Positions 37,442 to 49,530 of a stretch of 64,000 nucleotides of DNA are shown here, piece after piece. Source of the stretch: Antedon mediterranea (lineage: Eukaryota; Animalia; Echinodermata); the NCBI RefSeq assembly GCF_964355755.1, contig NC_092677.1:27701175-27765174 (forward strand), written 5' to 3'. The notes under the pieces were generated by a model. That model was not told the DNA's origin. It worked only from the letters and a program-made list of their open reading frames with translations, and searched no databases. Position numbers and translations under genes: made by a program. Each line of letters opens with the position of its first letter. The stretch's first letter is position 1.

Positions 37442-38445
37442 CCTTTAATTAAAAAACAGCGCCCTCTATCATTAGCACCCTCAATCATTAGCGCCCTCTG
37501 TTAATTATTCATTATTATAACGGTCATGTGAAGTAGGGTATGCAACCTAATCATTTTATAACAAATGCAACTAAAAGCAATAATTGAATGTTCATATTTG
37601 TTTGGTCCAATGTTTGGCACCGAAATAAAAATGCTACTTAAAAATTTAATTTCAGAACGGTACAAAACTATCTTTACAAAACATTAATTCCATTGATTGT
37701 ATATAGCAACACTATAACACTATAACACTATAACACTAATAGCGCCCTCTATCATATATTATTAACTTTTGCTGCTGCTGCTACTCTGCAAAACAACAAG
37801 TGTGAGTACGACGTGTGTGCCTGTCTACTACTGTACTGCTAGTTAGTAAATGAAGGTAGGCCTATGTTATGTAATCATTATTATTGTAATAAGCAGATAA
37901 AGTACTTAAGTTGATCTACTACTAGACCTAGAGAAGCATAGGAGTAGTCAAACAAATGAGTAGAGCCTTCTAAATCTAGGGTCCACACTAGTACTAAAAC
38001 TAGACTAGCTGGGCCTAGGCCTAGCCCTAGTAGTAGTAGCTAGAAGAGAGACCTTGGCTAGGCCTAGTAGGCCTACTCTACTATTATAGTAGTACTCTAG
38101 CTAGCCAGCGTAGGCCTACCTGTCACTCTTTAGCTAGAGGCCTTGGGCAAGCTAGATACTAGCCCTTGCTTGGTTCCCACTAGAATGTAACGCAAGGACG
38201 TAAACGCAACGCAAGCGTTTTAACCAATGACAAGCGAAGTTATAGACAGTTAGCAATAACAAGCGTATAAACCATCATCGCTTGTGTTTGGTCAATTCAC
38301 TTGCTCGCTCGCTAGTGGGAACCACGCTTTATTTGGGGCCCGAGTTGTCCGACCTACGGTATCACAACAATTACAGAATAAAAAAAATGCCAAGAAGGAT
38401 TGTAAAATAATGTATTTCAATATAAATTAATTTTTTTACAGAACA

Positions 38446-41400
38446 ATGAGCCACATAGCTTTCTTTGAATGTGTCAATGGAAGTCATGAACGAATTCGGC
38501 TACCTCATCTCAAAGCTGTTATGATTGGTCGAGGTCCACATACAAAAATTAAGGACAAACGTTTATCAAGACAACAATGTAAGTAAGTATTGACCCAAGT
38601 TTTGATAAAAACAATACCATCATTCTCTGCATAAAAACAATACCATCATTCTCTTCATAAAAAATGCATATATGTAATTCTTATATAATAATAATAATTT
38701 ATTTGGAAGCAACACTTTTGAAATAGTGGCACACTTCTTGAATGAAGGTGCGTCCAGAGTAAGTAAAATAAAAGTTAGAAGAAAAAAATAGGTCTATTTA
38801 TGAAAAGGAAATTATGTACAAGATATAAAAAATTAACAAAACATTAACAAAAGTATAATACTTGACAAGGAAACTTAAACCTAATTATGTGCAAGATATA
38901 AAAATAACAAAAGTAATACAGGATTTAAAAAGCAAAGAACTAATCATTCTAACTGAATAATGTTGTCTTTTATAGTTGAACTTACAGCCAATTGCAGCAA
39001 CCAAACAGTTGAACTGAGACAGGTAACTCTTTCAATGTACTTAAATTCAATGAAAAAAAAAATATTAAAAACTGCCCTTTAATAAATGTACTTTTTAATG
39101 TGTGAAATGAAATACAGTACCAACAATTGTGATTATTCGTACAGTAACTCTGTACCATCCTACAAAATGCATTTATTCACGAGTAACTCTGTACCATTTC
39201 AGATAGGTGGAAATGCTTCGTGTGTGGAAGATAAAGAAGTTAAAGCAGGGAACACTGTCATTTTAAATGATAGTACTGAGATTCAATTACTACCTGACTT
39301 GTACTCATATCGTATTGTGTTTGAGATATCCAGTAAAAAGACATCTACAGATGTTGAAACAGACTCATCTGCACACTCAACAAACAAGAGAAAGATCCAA
39401 GAAACGGAGGGAGAACCAAACTTGAAACGAGTTTGCAAAAACAAACCAACAAAAAATGAGGATTCAGTTGAAAGTAATCCAGAATCTGTTAGTGACAAAT
39501 TAAAATGGTTGCAGGACCAAGCAGCAAAAAGTAAAACTAATATAAATAAAGACTTGCCATCCTCAAATGATGGAAACAAATATGAAAATGAATCCATTAC
39601 AACTGATGCCAACATTAAACCATGCCAAAAAGCCAAGTGGGAGGAGTTGAAGAAATTGATTGTCCACACAAGTAAAGGCGTATGTGCTAGTAGCAAGGTA
39701 TGTCACCTGCTCTCTCATCTTAAATAACTCATTTTGATTTTGGTATGTTTTTCTAATATGCTATTCCATGACACTATTAGACAATATATGAAAATAACAA
39801 TTACTTAATTGAATTCTTTTTTTTCTCCAAAAAAATGTATAGATTGCTGGTTTTGATATTGATGGCACAATCATTACCACTAAGTCTGGCAAAGTCTTTC
39901 CACAAAACATTGATGATTGGCGGTAAGTCTTTTGGAGCTGTGTTCACCAATCCCACCAAGTATTTCAAGCGGATCCATCAACAACAAAAAACAAACAAAG
40001 ATAATCATTGTATCACATAACTTGTCATATAAATCAAATTAAATATTGTTTTTTTTTTTAAACTTAGAATCAACTTTCAAAATATTCAAAAAAAGATACA
40101 GTCACTTCATAAAGATGGTTTTAAGGTGAGATGCCTGCTAATCAAGTTATGAACCCTTTAATCCAGTAGCTTTACATACATTGTATGCTATCTACTGAAT
40201 AATGTTAGTTTTAATCTCTTATGCCAATATACTTACACGATTCACAAGTTAGTTGGCAAATTGATGTTATACTATGTAATGTAATATAAAATGTTACTCT
40301 TTTAAGATCATTTTCTGTCTTTTTAGATTGTGTTTTTCACCAATCAGGTAAGTGATATAATTACCCAGTTACAAAGTCAGACATTTAATTTATATAGAGA
40401 CTGGAAACAAACACTTAATGACATCCATCAACTCTGAAAAAGGTTTTCAAAATTCTCATTCTGGTTGACATTCTTTTGAACTTTTTTGTTTTTCTTATGT
40501 GGGTTCATCCCACTTTTATTTCATCATTTTTTTAAATATTTAAATACATTGTATCTAATAAATAAAATCAATAAATATATGTATTTTGAACTTTACTAGC
40601 TTGGAATTGGCAGAGGAAAACTTAAAGTAGAGGATGCTAAGAAGAAATTTGAAAAAGTTTTAGAAACTATTGGTATTCCCATTCAGGTGAGAGTTAAGGG
40701 CGACACTCACTTGTTTAAGAAGGGCACTCACTTGTTTAAGAGGGACACTCACTTGTTTAAGAGGGGCACTCACTTGTTTAAGAGGGGCACTCACTTGTTT
40801 AAGAGGGGCACTCACTTGTTTTAAAAGGGGCACTCACTTGTTTAAGAGGGGCACTCACTTGTTTAAGAGGACACTCACTTGTTTAAGAGGGGCACTCACA
40901 TGTTTAAGAGGGGCACTCATTTGTTTAAAAGGGGCACTCACTTGTTTAAGAGGGGCACTCACATGTTTAAGAGGACACTCACTTGTTTAACTCACTTCTT
41001 TAATATTTGATAGGGACACTCGTTTCTTTTTTCAGATTTTTATAGCAACAGGATATGGTATGTATCGTAAGCCTGCTATTGGTATGTGGGAGCATCTCGT
41101 ACAGAAGGCCAATGATGGTGTTCCCATCAATATTCAGGACAGTTTTTATGTTGGAGGTAATGGAAAAACTTTATTGATTATTATTAATTGGTCAGATGTT
41201 TTGCCATATTGTTATTTTTTTCTTCTTAATGTACTGGGTACAGGTAGTACATGTCAGAATAGGGGAAAGGATCTGACCAATTAATTTAACTTAATTATTC
41301 AATATAATTTTAACATCTTTTAATTGTTTTACTAATTAGATGCAGCTGGTCGTCCAGTTTCATGGTGTCCTGGTAAGAAAAAGGACTTTTCCAAGAGTGA

Positions 41401-44340
41401 TCGCTTATTTGCTTTGAACATTGGTCTTTCATTTCACACACCCGAGGAGTACTTCTTGGGCTACCCAAAAGCTAGATTTGACATGCCAGACTTTGACCCT
41501 GTAAGTGTGTATAACTGTTGGTGGAGTGCAGTTATTTTATACATCAATGCTTAGCGTTAGTTATACAATGTTTTGCTAATCTCTTATTTCTTGTAAATCC
41601 CTGATTGTCATTGCAAGCAAGGACGAGCCAGTAAATTAACCAATCATGCAGGGAATAATTTCGCCAGTGTAGCATAGCAAAAAGCTATACAAAACAACCT
41701 TCTTGCTACACATTTCTAACATTGTGTAGCAAAAAATACAAAACAAACTATGTTTCTCGACTAAAAAATCAGTTTGATTAGCAATAATTGCTAAACAAAA
41801 TTTTAAAATGAAATTTTTCCCTGTCATGACAAGATGGATCATCTGAACTGTTGCTTGCGATTGGTCAACTAACTTGCGTTGTACTTATGTCATTGTGTTG
41901 CGTCCAAGTGGCAACAAAGCTTTAGGAGCTGTATTTCTGTTTAAAATTGTAACTTTTATATATTTTCTAGAAATCTTTTGACACTACAATGCCTCTGTTT
42001 AAACAGCCAGATGGAAAGTTAGTATCAAAGGATATGGAGGTATGGTTCTTAGTTTCTGTTCACACATTTTTAGTTACCAATTTGCATTCATTGTCCCTGT
42101 ATGTCCACACACAAACCAAATTTAACCAATAATAAACACTGTGTGTTTCATGATTATGTTTTTTCTTGTATTTCTTTACAAAAGGTGATTGTTCTTGTGG
42201 GATCTCCTGCTTGTAAGTGATAATATTGATTTTACCTTAATGAAAATACAAGAATATCATCACACATAAAATCATAAGTATAATAGAACTTTCAATTGCA
42301 ACAACCTATGACCTAGGTCAATTAGTTCAGGTCAACAGAAGTGTCATTGGTTGTCTCCTTAAAATGACACATCTGTGTCAAGGTGGGGAGCAAGGACGCC
42401 TGTCCCAACATGTTCAATGAATTAACGTGATATAGATAGGTCGTTGGTCAAAAGTTTTCTATTGAAAATGATTAAAAATCAACTTATGGTATCTTATTCT
42501 GTCTACAGCTGGTAAAAGTACATTTGTTGCTACTCATCTTAGCAAACATAACTATGTTCATGTCAATCGAGTAAGTTCTTATTATTAACTTTATTGCATA
42601 TTAAAAATACCACATATTAGAAAAATAAATAAATTAATATAAAATCACAGTACAAAATACAAATAATTGTGCAGCTCAAAAGAAAGCTAAACTGGTATTG
42701 GTATTGGTACGGGTATTGGTATTGGTATTGGTACGGGTATTGGTATTGGTATTGGTACGGGTATTGGTATTGGTATTGGTACGGGTATTGGTATTGGTAT
42801 TGGTACGGGTATTGGTATTGGTACTGGTATTGGGTACAAAAACGTATATACAATTTTAAAGAAATTTAATCTTTACTTTATTTATTTAAAGGATATGTTA
42901 GGAAGCTGGCAGAAATGTGTGGCTGAATGTAGCAAAGCCTTGAAGAGTGGCAAGAGTGTGGTGATTGACAACACAAACCCAGATGTTGAGTCTCGCAAAC
43001 GGTAACAAGTGTCTTCTTAACTTCTGTTTACACTATCAAACTTAATGTGATGTACCCATATATATGACACAATGACATCATATCACTACCATATTTGGGC
43101 ACATCACACATATTTTGTCAAATAAGTTTGATAGTGTAGACAGAGCTTTGCATAATAATTAGCGTAATAAATAGTTGCATGTTCTACTCATAAACATTTA
43201 TTATTTGTATAATATGAAAAAATATAATTTAAAATTGTTAATAGAACTAATAGTATAAAATAGACAATAGTACATTTAAATTTAAAAAGAATTAAAATCT
43301 AGAAATTGCTTATAACAAAATAATGGTGATCTTATTGTTAATTTATTATACTCTTGTTTCTTTAGTTATATTTCGTGTGCTAATTCAGCCTCGGTTGCTT
43401 GTAGATGTTTTGTGTTTGCAACAACAATTACACATTGCTTTCATAATGAAAGAGTAAGTAAATTTATTAATTTATGAGTTGATGGCTTTATAATCTCATA
43501 GACTTTGGTTCAAATCGGGTTCATCGTCAATCTGTACCAGGATTTTCTACCATAAGGCACATATTTTAGTAATAAGGTACATATACTGTAGTGGATCCTT
43601 CCATTCCTTCCAATCTCAAGGTCCAGGGTTCAATCATGACCTAGTGTCAGGTTTTACAACTCATGACTCTTTCAACTCCACTCCCTAAAGCTTGGTTCCC
43701 ACTAGAACGTAATGCAAGGATGTAAACGCAACGCAAGCGTTTTAACCAATGACAAGCGAAGTTATAGACAGTTAGCAATCACAAGCGAATAAGCCATCGC
43801 TTGTGATTAGTCAATTCACTTGCGTTGCGTTACGTCCTTGTGTTGCGTCGCTAGTGGGAACCACGCTTCAATGAGAATTTATATAAGCATGATAAATTAC
43901 AATATAGTATCCAAGTTGCTCGCTGTTGGATGTGTATGAAATGAAAATAAATTTAAAAAACCCCAACCAATATTTACATTATTTGTTGTATTTTTTTGTA
44001 AATAATAATGTAGTATGATTTATTGACTTCTCTTCCTAAGTTAATGTAACTGCGCTCTAATATTACATATCTCCTTCAGCCCTTATATGCCGTTTCCTTA
44101 TTGTTTTTATTAAGAATTTGTTATTAACAAGTTACTTTGTTGTTATAGTTTCGGCAACTAACACAGACGTCATCCCAGCATGCACCATTGACGGATATGA
44201 TATTTCACTCCTACAAGAATAAGTTTGTTTATCCAACGGTCTGCGAAGGGTTTCAGGAAGTATTGGATGTGAACTTTGTGGCAAATTACAGCGATAACAA
44301 ACAAAAATACCTATATCAACAATACCTTCTTGAAAAATAG
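38446..44340 (+). CDS. PNKP: Bifunctional polynucleotide phosphatase/kinase
   Basis: About 15 coding exons (38446-38578, 38976-39022, 39203-39697, 39843-39922, 40068-40125, 40327-40347, 40600-40686, 41036-41157, 41340-41500, 41971-42039, 42185-42212, 42509-42570, 42892-43001, 43366-43453, 44149-44340). FHA ([17 protein letters not shown]), HAD motif [33 protein letters not shown]-loop [18 protein letters not shown]. Confidence 0.96.
40703..40997. repeat. ~21-bp minisatellite (AGAGGGGCACTCACTTGTTTA)n in a PNKP intron
   Basis: About 14 tandem copies visible, 19-22 bp variants. Confidence 0.95.
42692..42832. repeat. (GGTATT)n microsatellite with 24-bp higher-order unit ((GGTATT)3 GGTACG)
   Basis: Directly visible; gives the WY and YQ pseudo-ORFs in the ORF track. 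Confidence 0.95.
43688..43868. mobile_element. MITE family 1 (TIR AAGCTTGGTTCCCACTAG), PIF/Harbinger-like; other copies at ~38168-38329, ~7846-7960 (partial), ~41607-41922 (diverged)
   Basis: Terminal inverted repeats AAGCTTGGTTCCCACTAG / CTAGTGGGAACCACGCTT and shared interior (GCAACGCAAGCG, ACCAATGACAAGCGA) in several dispersed copies. Confidence 0.75.
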
Positions 44341-44343
44341 ACT

Positions 44344-44595
44344 ACTATATCTAATGCTGAATGCAGTATGGCCCCTCAGTCTCTCAAGGCTTAATATGCT
44401 AAGACCAGTATTCACTTTGACACTTATACTATATCTAATGCTGAATGCAGTATGGCCCCTCAGTCTCTCAAGGCTTAATATGCTAAGACCAGTATTCACT
44501 TTGACACTTATACTATATCTAATGCTGAATGCAGTATGGCCCCTCAGTCTCTCAAGGCTTAATATGCTAAGACCAGTATTCACTTTGACACTTAT
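44344..44595. repeat. Three perfect 84-bp tandem repeats starting immediately after the PNKP stop codon
   Basis: ATATCTAATGCTGAATGCAG at 44347, 44431, 44515. Confidence 0.95.
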
Positions 44596-44749
44596 TTAAA
44601 ACATAACTAGCTTCTATGTTTGCATAAAATATATGCACATATATAGCAATTGAATTGAATTTGAAGTCCATTTTTATCAATGGCGACTCTTTTACTACTC
44701 TTTCACTCCAGTATCACTATAATAAATGAAATGAGTTATCACGTAATGT

Positions 44750-45169
44750 GGTCTGTTAAAAAATTCCTGTTCAGGGATTTTGTTTGAAAAATGGCCAAAT
44801 TACGCACTTTTTAAAATACTATTTTTATGCGATATTATTGCTATATGTGCACATATATTGCTTTATAGACCTATAGTGATGATTTAAGTCAAAAGATAAA
44901 ATGGTCGAATATCGGCCATTTGAAAAAAAAAAAACCCCATACTATTATTAGGGATTTTTTCGAAAAATGGCCAAAATACGCACTTTTTAAAATGCTATTA
45001 TTATGCAATAATATTGCTATATATGCGCATATATTATCATGTTATAGACCTATAATAACCATTTATGTCAAAAAATAAAAAAGTCGAAATTGAATATAAA
45101 CATGCATAATAAAAATGTGCTATAGTAACAATTTTTATCGAAAAATAAAATGGTCGAAAACTGGCCATC
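44750..45169. repeat. Degenerate copies of the 196-bp palindromic satellite
   Basis: Shares GGTCGAAAA, AGGGATTTTTTCGAAAAATGGCCAA and TGTGCTATAGTAAC motifs with 48060-49530. Confidence 0.75.
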
Positions 45170-45454
45170 TTTAGTTGAGTGCAACGCGACTCTACAGCTC
45201 ACTATGTCGGTTGGTCGGTCGGTCGGTCGGTCGGTAAACACTAACTTGTATATGGTCTTGTCTTGATATCAGTTTCATCTAGCAAAGTCAATTTTTCACA
45301 GTATATTCCTTATGGCCAGGAATCGATGTGATTATGTTTTCACGGTGCGCAACGAAATCATATCTTCACAAGCATGAATCGCAATTAAATAAAATTTGGT
45401 ACTCATAATTTTCAGGGCATAAATCACCATATGGCATTACAATTACGTGCGTAA
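45170..45454 (+). mobile_element. HINE/DINE-like element 5' part (related to 3543-3662)
   Basis: TTTAGTTGAGTGCAACGCGACTCTACAGCTCACTATGTCGGT(TCGG)n start homologous to the 3543 element. Confidence 0.6.
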
Positions 45455-46035
45455 TGTAATATAGTGTTATGAGGTTTCTGAATTGTAATGAAGACTCTAC
45501 TCGCTTGACTTTAGTAACACATATATTGTTTATTCAATAATACGTTATATACTCAATACAATATAGAAACAGGAACAGAGGATACAGTGATGCTGTCGGT
45601 GAGGTGTGAGTGTAGATGTTCTTCTGAAGAAGTGGCTGTGAGGTGTGTCTGGGCTCTTCTGAAACTTGGGGTATATCGGTTTTGGTTCATTAGCATATGT
45701 CATTACGTCATCTCAGAAGCTAATGATTGGTCATAAGTTGATCCAGGGGTGTTTAAGTGGAAATGATTGATCTTATCTGGGGAGGTTACAATGATGAATT
45801 GGCCCTGTCGAATCTCTGCTTAAAACTGTCAATATCTAATTGTTTTACGATGGGAATGGTTAGGGAGGCCAAATAAACTGTTTACTTTTGGGATTTAATT
45901 ATGAACTAAATGGACATTAAAACATCTAGATAATTTTTCCACTGGTCTTTCTAGGCCAAGTTCGTGAACTTAGTTGAATTCTAATTAAATACAAAGGTTG
46001 ATTTCTTAATTATAAATGTATATCATTATATTACA
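45455..46035 (-). mobile_element. 3' LTR of an LTR retrotransposon with adjacent polypurine tract
   Basis: 9-bp terminal inverted repeat TGTAATATA...TATATTACA; minus-strand PPT AGAGAAAAAAAAGTGGGGAAACAGAGGGA directly before TGTAA (46036-46064); AATAAA on the minus strand near 45530. Confidence 0.75.
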
Positions 46036-46118
46036 TCCCTCTGTTTCCCCACTTTTTTTTCTCTAATCTATTTAAAATATAAAAATGGTTATAATAGTGG
46101 CATGCAAAATTAAAGTTA

Positions 46119-47936
46119 CTAGATGGCACGCTCGCTTCGCTCGCGTACCATCTAGGTCGTGCCCACAGATGGTTCTCGAATACACAGTATTTCCAGCGAG
46201 AAAAAAATGGAGATTTCAAATGTACGTACCGAAGGACTATAATACATTGTCGTTTACAGAAACGAATAAATATACACAATGATTTATGTAGTCAACCAAA
46301 ATTAGCACCCTGGGAATTACTTCCGAGAGAGAAACAAAATGAGTCAAATTTTTTTATTTGGACTCATTTAAACAAACCCAATTTGTGTTTTGTATGTAAC
46401 ATTAAGGGTTGAGGGATGAGGGAAGAAGATAGGTACAAAGAGGAAACATTTTAAAATATATTCTTATCCACTCAGTAACGAAATATTGTTTTTAATGTTT
46501 TATAGGCCTATAAATAATATACCACTAAATACAGTAAAACATTTACGATTTAATACGGTACTTTGTTAAAACTCTCACTGTCATAGTCGATTGAAATAGT
46601 AAAGTACATGTAACGATACACCACTACGACGTTTATATATTTTTAAATTATTAATTAATACAAACGTTGAGAAGCAACTGTCAGTAATAACGTTTATTTA
46701 TTTGTATATTATATGTTTATAATCTAACAGTAGGGCCTACCCACACTCACAGTAATAAAGTTTATTTGTATATATTTTTATATTACATCTAACAGTACCA
46801 ACACTCACAGTAAGAAATTTGCGATTCAAATTGCGATCAAAAGTGGTTAATACCTTAACAGTATTGTACAGCATTGCAATACTATTTATGTTTATTCTCC
46901 AAGGGGCCCATAAATCTAAATCTATACCTCTATGGTTAAACCAAATAATTTGGAATGTTTATTTGTATATTATATGTTTATAATCTAACAGTAGGGCCTA
47001 CCCACACTCACAGTAATAAAGTTTATTTGTATATATTTTTATATTACATCTAACAGTACCAACACTCACAGTAAGAAATTTGCGATTCAAATTGCGATCA
47101 AAAGTGGTTAATACCTTAACAGTCTTGTACAGCATTGCAATACTATTTATGTTTATTCTCCAAGGGGCCCATAAATCTAAATCTATACCTCTATGGTTAA
47201 ACCAAATAATTTGGAATGTTTATTTGTATATTATATGTTTATAATCTAACAGTAGGGCCTACCCACACTCACAGTAATAAAGTTTATTTGTATATATTTT
47301 TATATTACATCTAACAGTACCAACACTCACAGTAAGAAATTTGCGATTCAAATTGCGATCAAAAGTGGTTAATACCTTAACAGTCTTGTACAGCATTGCA
47401 ATACTATTTATGTTTATTCTCCAAGGGGGCCCATAAATCTAAATCTATACCTGTATGGTTAAACCAAATAATTTGGAATGTTCCATTCATCACAAATCAA
47501 TACATTTGTAAAAACGTATATTAAATGTATCAAAATAGTATTTTTTAAAGAAAATCGGCCTGTCTTCAACATTATGATGCTGTACTCGAACTGTTCAACC
47601 AGTTTTCAGCTATTAAAAACAATTATCGCAGGAGGAGATAGGAAAATGCGAAGCCTCCTCGCATTTTTGTGGCGGGTATTTTTCAAGATGGACATCCATT
47701 AGACAGTGTATACCACGATCGGAAAACACCCCTATTTGGGGCAAATCGTTGAACCTAAATTCGTTTTAATCGTCAATAACTAATTATCTAACTTAATTTA
47801 ATTAGTAAACAGGGTTACATCAGGTGGTTAAAATCAGTACCGAAAGTACGAACCAACTTTATATACCATCGAGTAAAAATTCTAGAAGTAAGGCGCGATT
47901 TACCGAATTTTGCCCTTACGTAAATTTATATATAGA
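46119..47936 (-). mobile_element. Non-autonomous Helitron (1818 bp) carrying three ~261-bp internal tandem repeats
   Basis: Minus strand begins A|TCTATATATA (47936) and ends with GC-rich hairpin ATGGTACGC-GAGCGAAGCGA-GCGTGCCAT then CTAG|T (46119): TC start, CTAG end, AT target. TAGGGCCTAC recurs at 46731, 46992, 47253. Confidence 0.8.
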
Positions 47937-48059
47937 TATAAAAGAAAAAAAACCATTATTATACATATAAGCAAACTTGAGTTAGCCAAAACCATTGACT
48001 CTGAAGTGTAACCTTATCACTTTCACTCTCTCTTTTCTCTCTCTTAAACAAAATTTTTT

Positions 48060-49530
48060 AAATAAAAAAATCGAAAAATAAACAGGTCGAAAATTGGTCC
48101 TTTTTTGAAAAAATCCCTGTACAATAGTACAGGGAAATTTTCGAAAAATCGCCAATTTTCGACTTTTCTATTTGTTGACATAAATGGTTACTATAGCATA
48201 ATAAACATGCGCAGAGTCGAATAATGTGTTCTGCGCATGCCAATTGTGCTATAGTAACCAGTTTCATCGAAAAATAAAAGGGTCGAAAATTGGTCCTTTT
48301 CTGGAAAAATCCCTGTACTATAGTACAGGGAATTTTTCGAAAAATCGCCAATTTTCGACTTTTTTATTTGTTGACATAAATGGTTACTATAGCATAATAA
48401 ACATGCGCAGAGTCAAATAATGGGTTCTGCGCATGCCGATTGTGCTATAGTAACCAGTTTTATCGAAAAATAAAAGGGTCGAAAATTGGTCCTTTTCTGG
48501 AAAAATCCCTGTAAGTAAAGGGAATTTTTCGAAAAATCGCCAATTTTCGACTTTTTTATTTGTTGACATAAATGGTTACTATAGCATAATAAACATGCGC
48601 TGAGTCGAATAATGGGTTCTGCGCATGCCGATTGTGCTATAGTAACCAGTTTTATCGAAAAATAAAAGGGTCGAAAATTGGTCCTTTTCTGGAAAAATCC
48701 CTGTACTATAGTACAGGGAATTTTTCGAAAAATCGCCAATTTTCGACTTTTTTATTTGTTGACATAAATGGTTACTATAGCATAATAAACATGCGCAGAG
48801 TCAAATAATGGGTTCTGCGCATGCCGATTGTGCTATAGTAACCAGTTTTATCGAAAATAAAAGGGTCGAAAATTTGTCCTTTTCTGGAAAAATCCCTGTA
48901 CTATAGTACAGGGAATTTTTCGAAAAATCACCAATTTTCGACTTTTTTATTTGTTGACATAAATGGTTACTATAGCATAATAAACATGCGCTGAGTCGAA
49001 TAATGGGTTCTGCGCATGCCGATTGTGCTATAGTAACCTGTTTTATCGAAAAATAAAAGGGTCGAAAATTGGTCCTTTTCTGGAAAAATCCCTGTACTAT
49101 AATACAGGGAATTTTTCGAAAAATCGCCAATTTTCGACTTTTTTATTTGTTGACATAAATGGTTACTACAGCATAATAAACATACGCAGAGTCGAATAAT
49201 GGGTTCTGGGCATGTCAATTATGCTATAGTAACCATTTTTGACATAAATGGTTACTATAGCATAATAAACATGCGCAGAACCGAATAATGGGTTCTGCGC
49301 ATGCCAATTGTGCTATAGTAACCAGTTTTATCGAAAAATAAAAAGGTCGAAAATAGGCCATTATTGGAAAAAATCCCTGTACTATAGTACACGGAAATTT
49401 TCGAAAAATCGCCAATTTTTGACTTTTATATTTGTTGACATAAATGGTTACTATAGCATAATAAACATGCGCAGAGTCGAATAATGGGTTCTGCGCATGC
49501 CAATTGTGCTATAGTAACCAGTTTTATCGA
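48060..49530. repeat. 196-bp tandem satellite whose monomer consists of two palindromes
   Basis: GGTCGAAAATTGG at 48085, 48281, 48477, 48669 (196, 196, 192 bp); symmetry centres CCCTGTAC-TATA-GTACAGGG and CATGCGCAGA...TCTGCGCATG. Confidence 0.95.

Noticed and set aside
39283-39696. Antisense ORFs over real exons (also 15122-15495, 13534-13770, 1785-2069)
   Set aside because: Shadow frames of coding exons with no independent evidence.
42617-42869. WY-rich and YQ-rich ORFs
   Set aside because: Translation of an intronic microsatellite.
11919-44340. U12-type or non-canonical introns
   Set aside because: All junctions I traced are GT-AG and none has the RTATCCTT donor.
44276-44599. 107-aa and 90-aa repeat ORFs
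   Set aside because: By-product of an 84-bp (multiple of 3) triplication overlapping the PNKP stop and 3' UTR.
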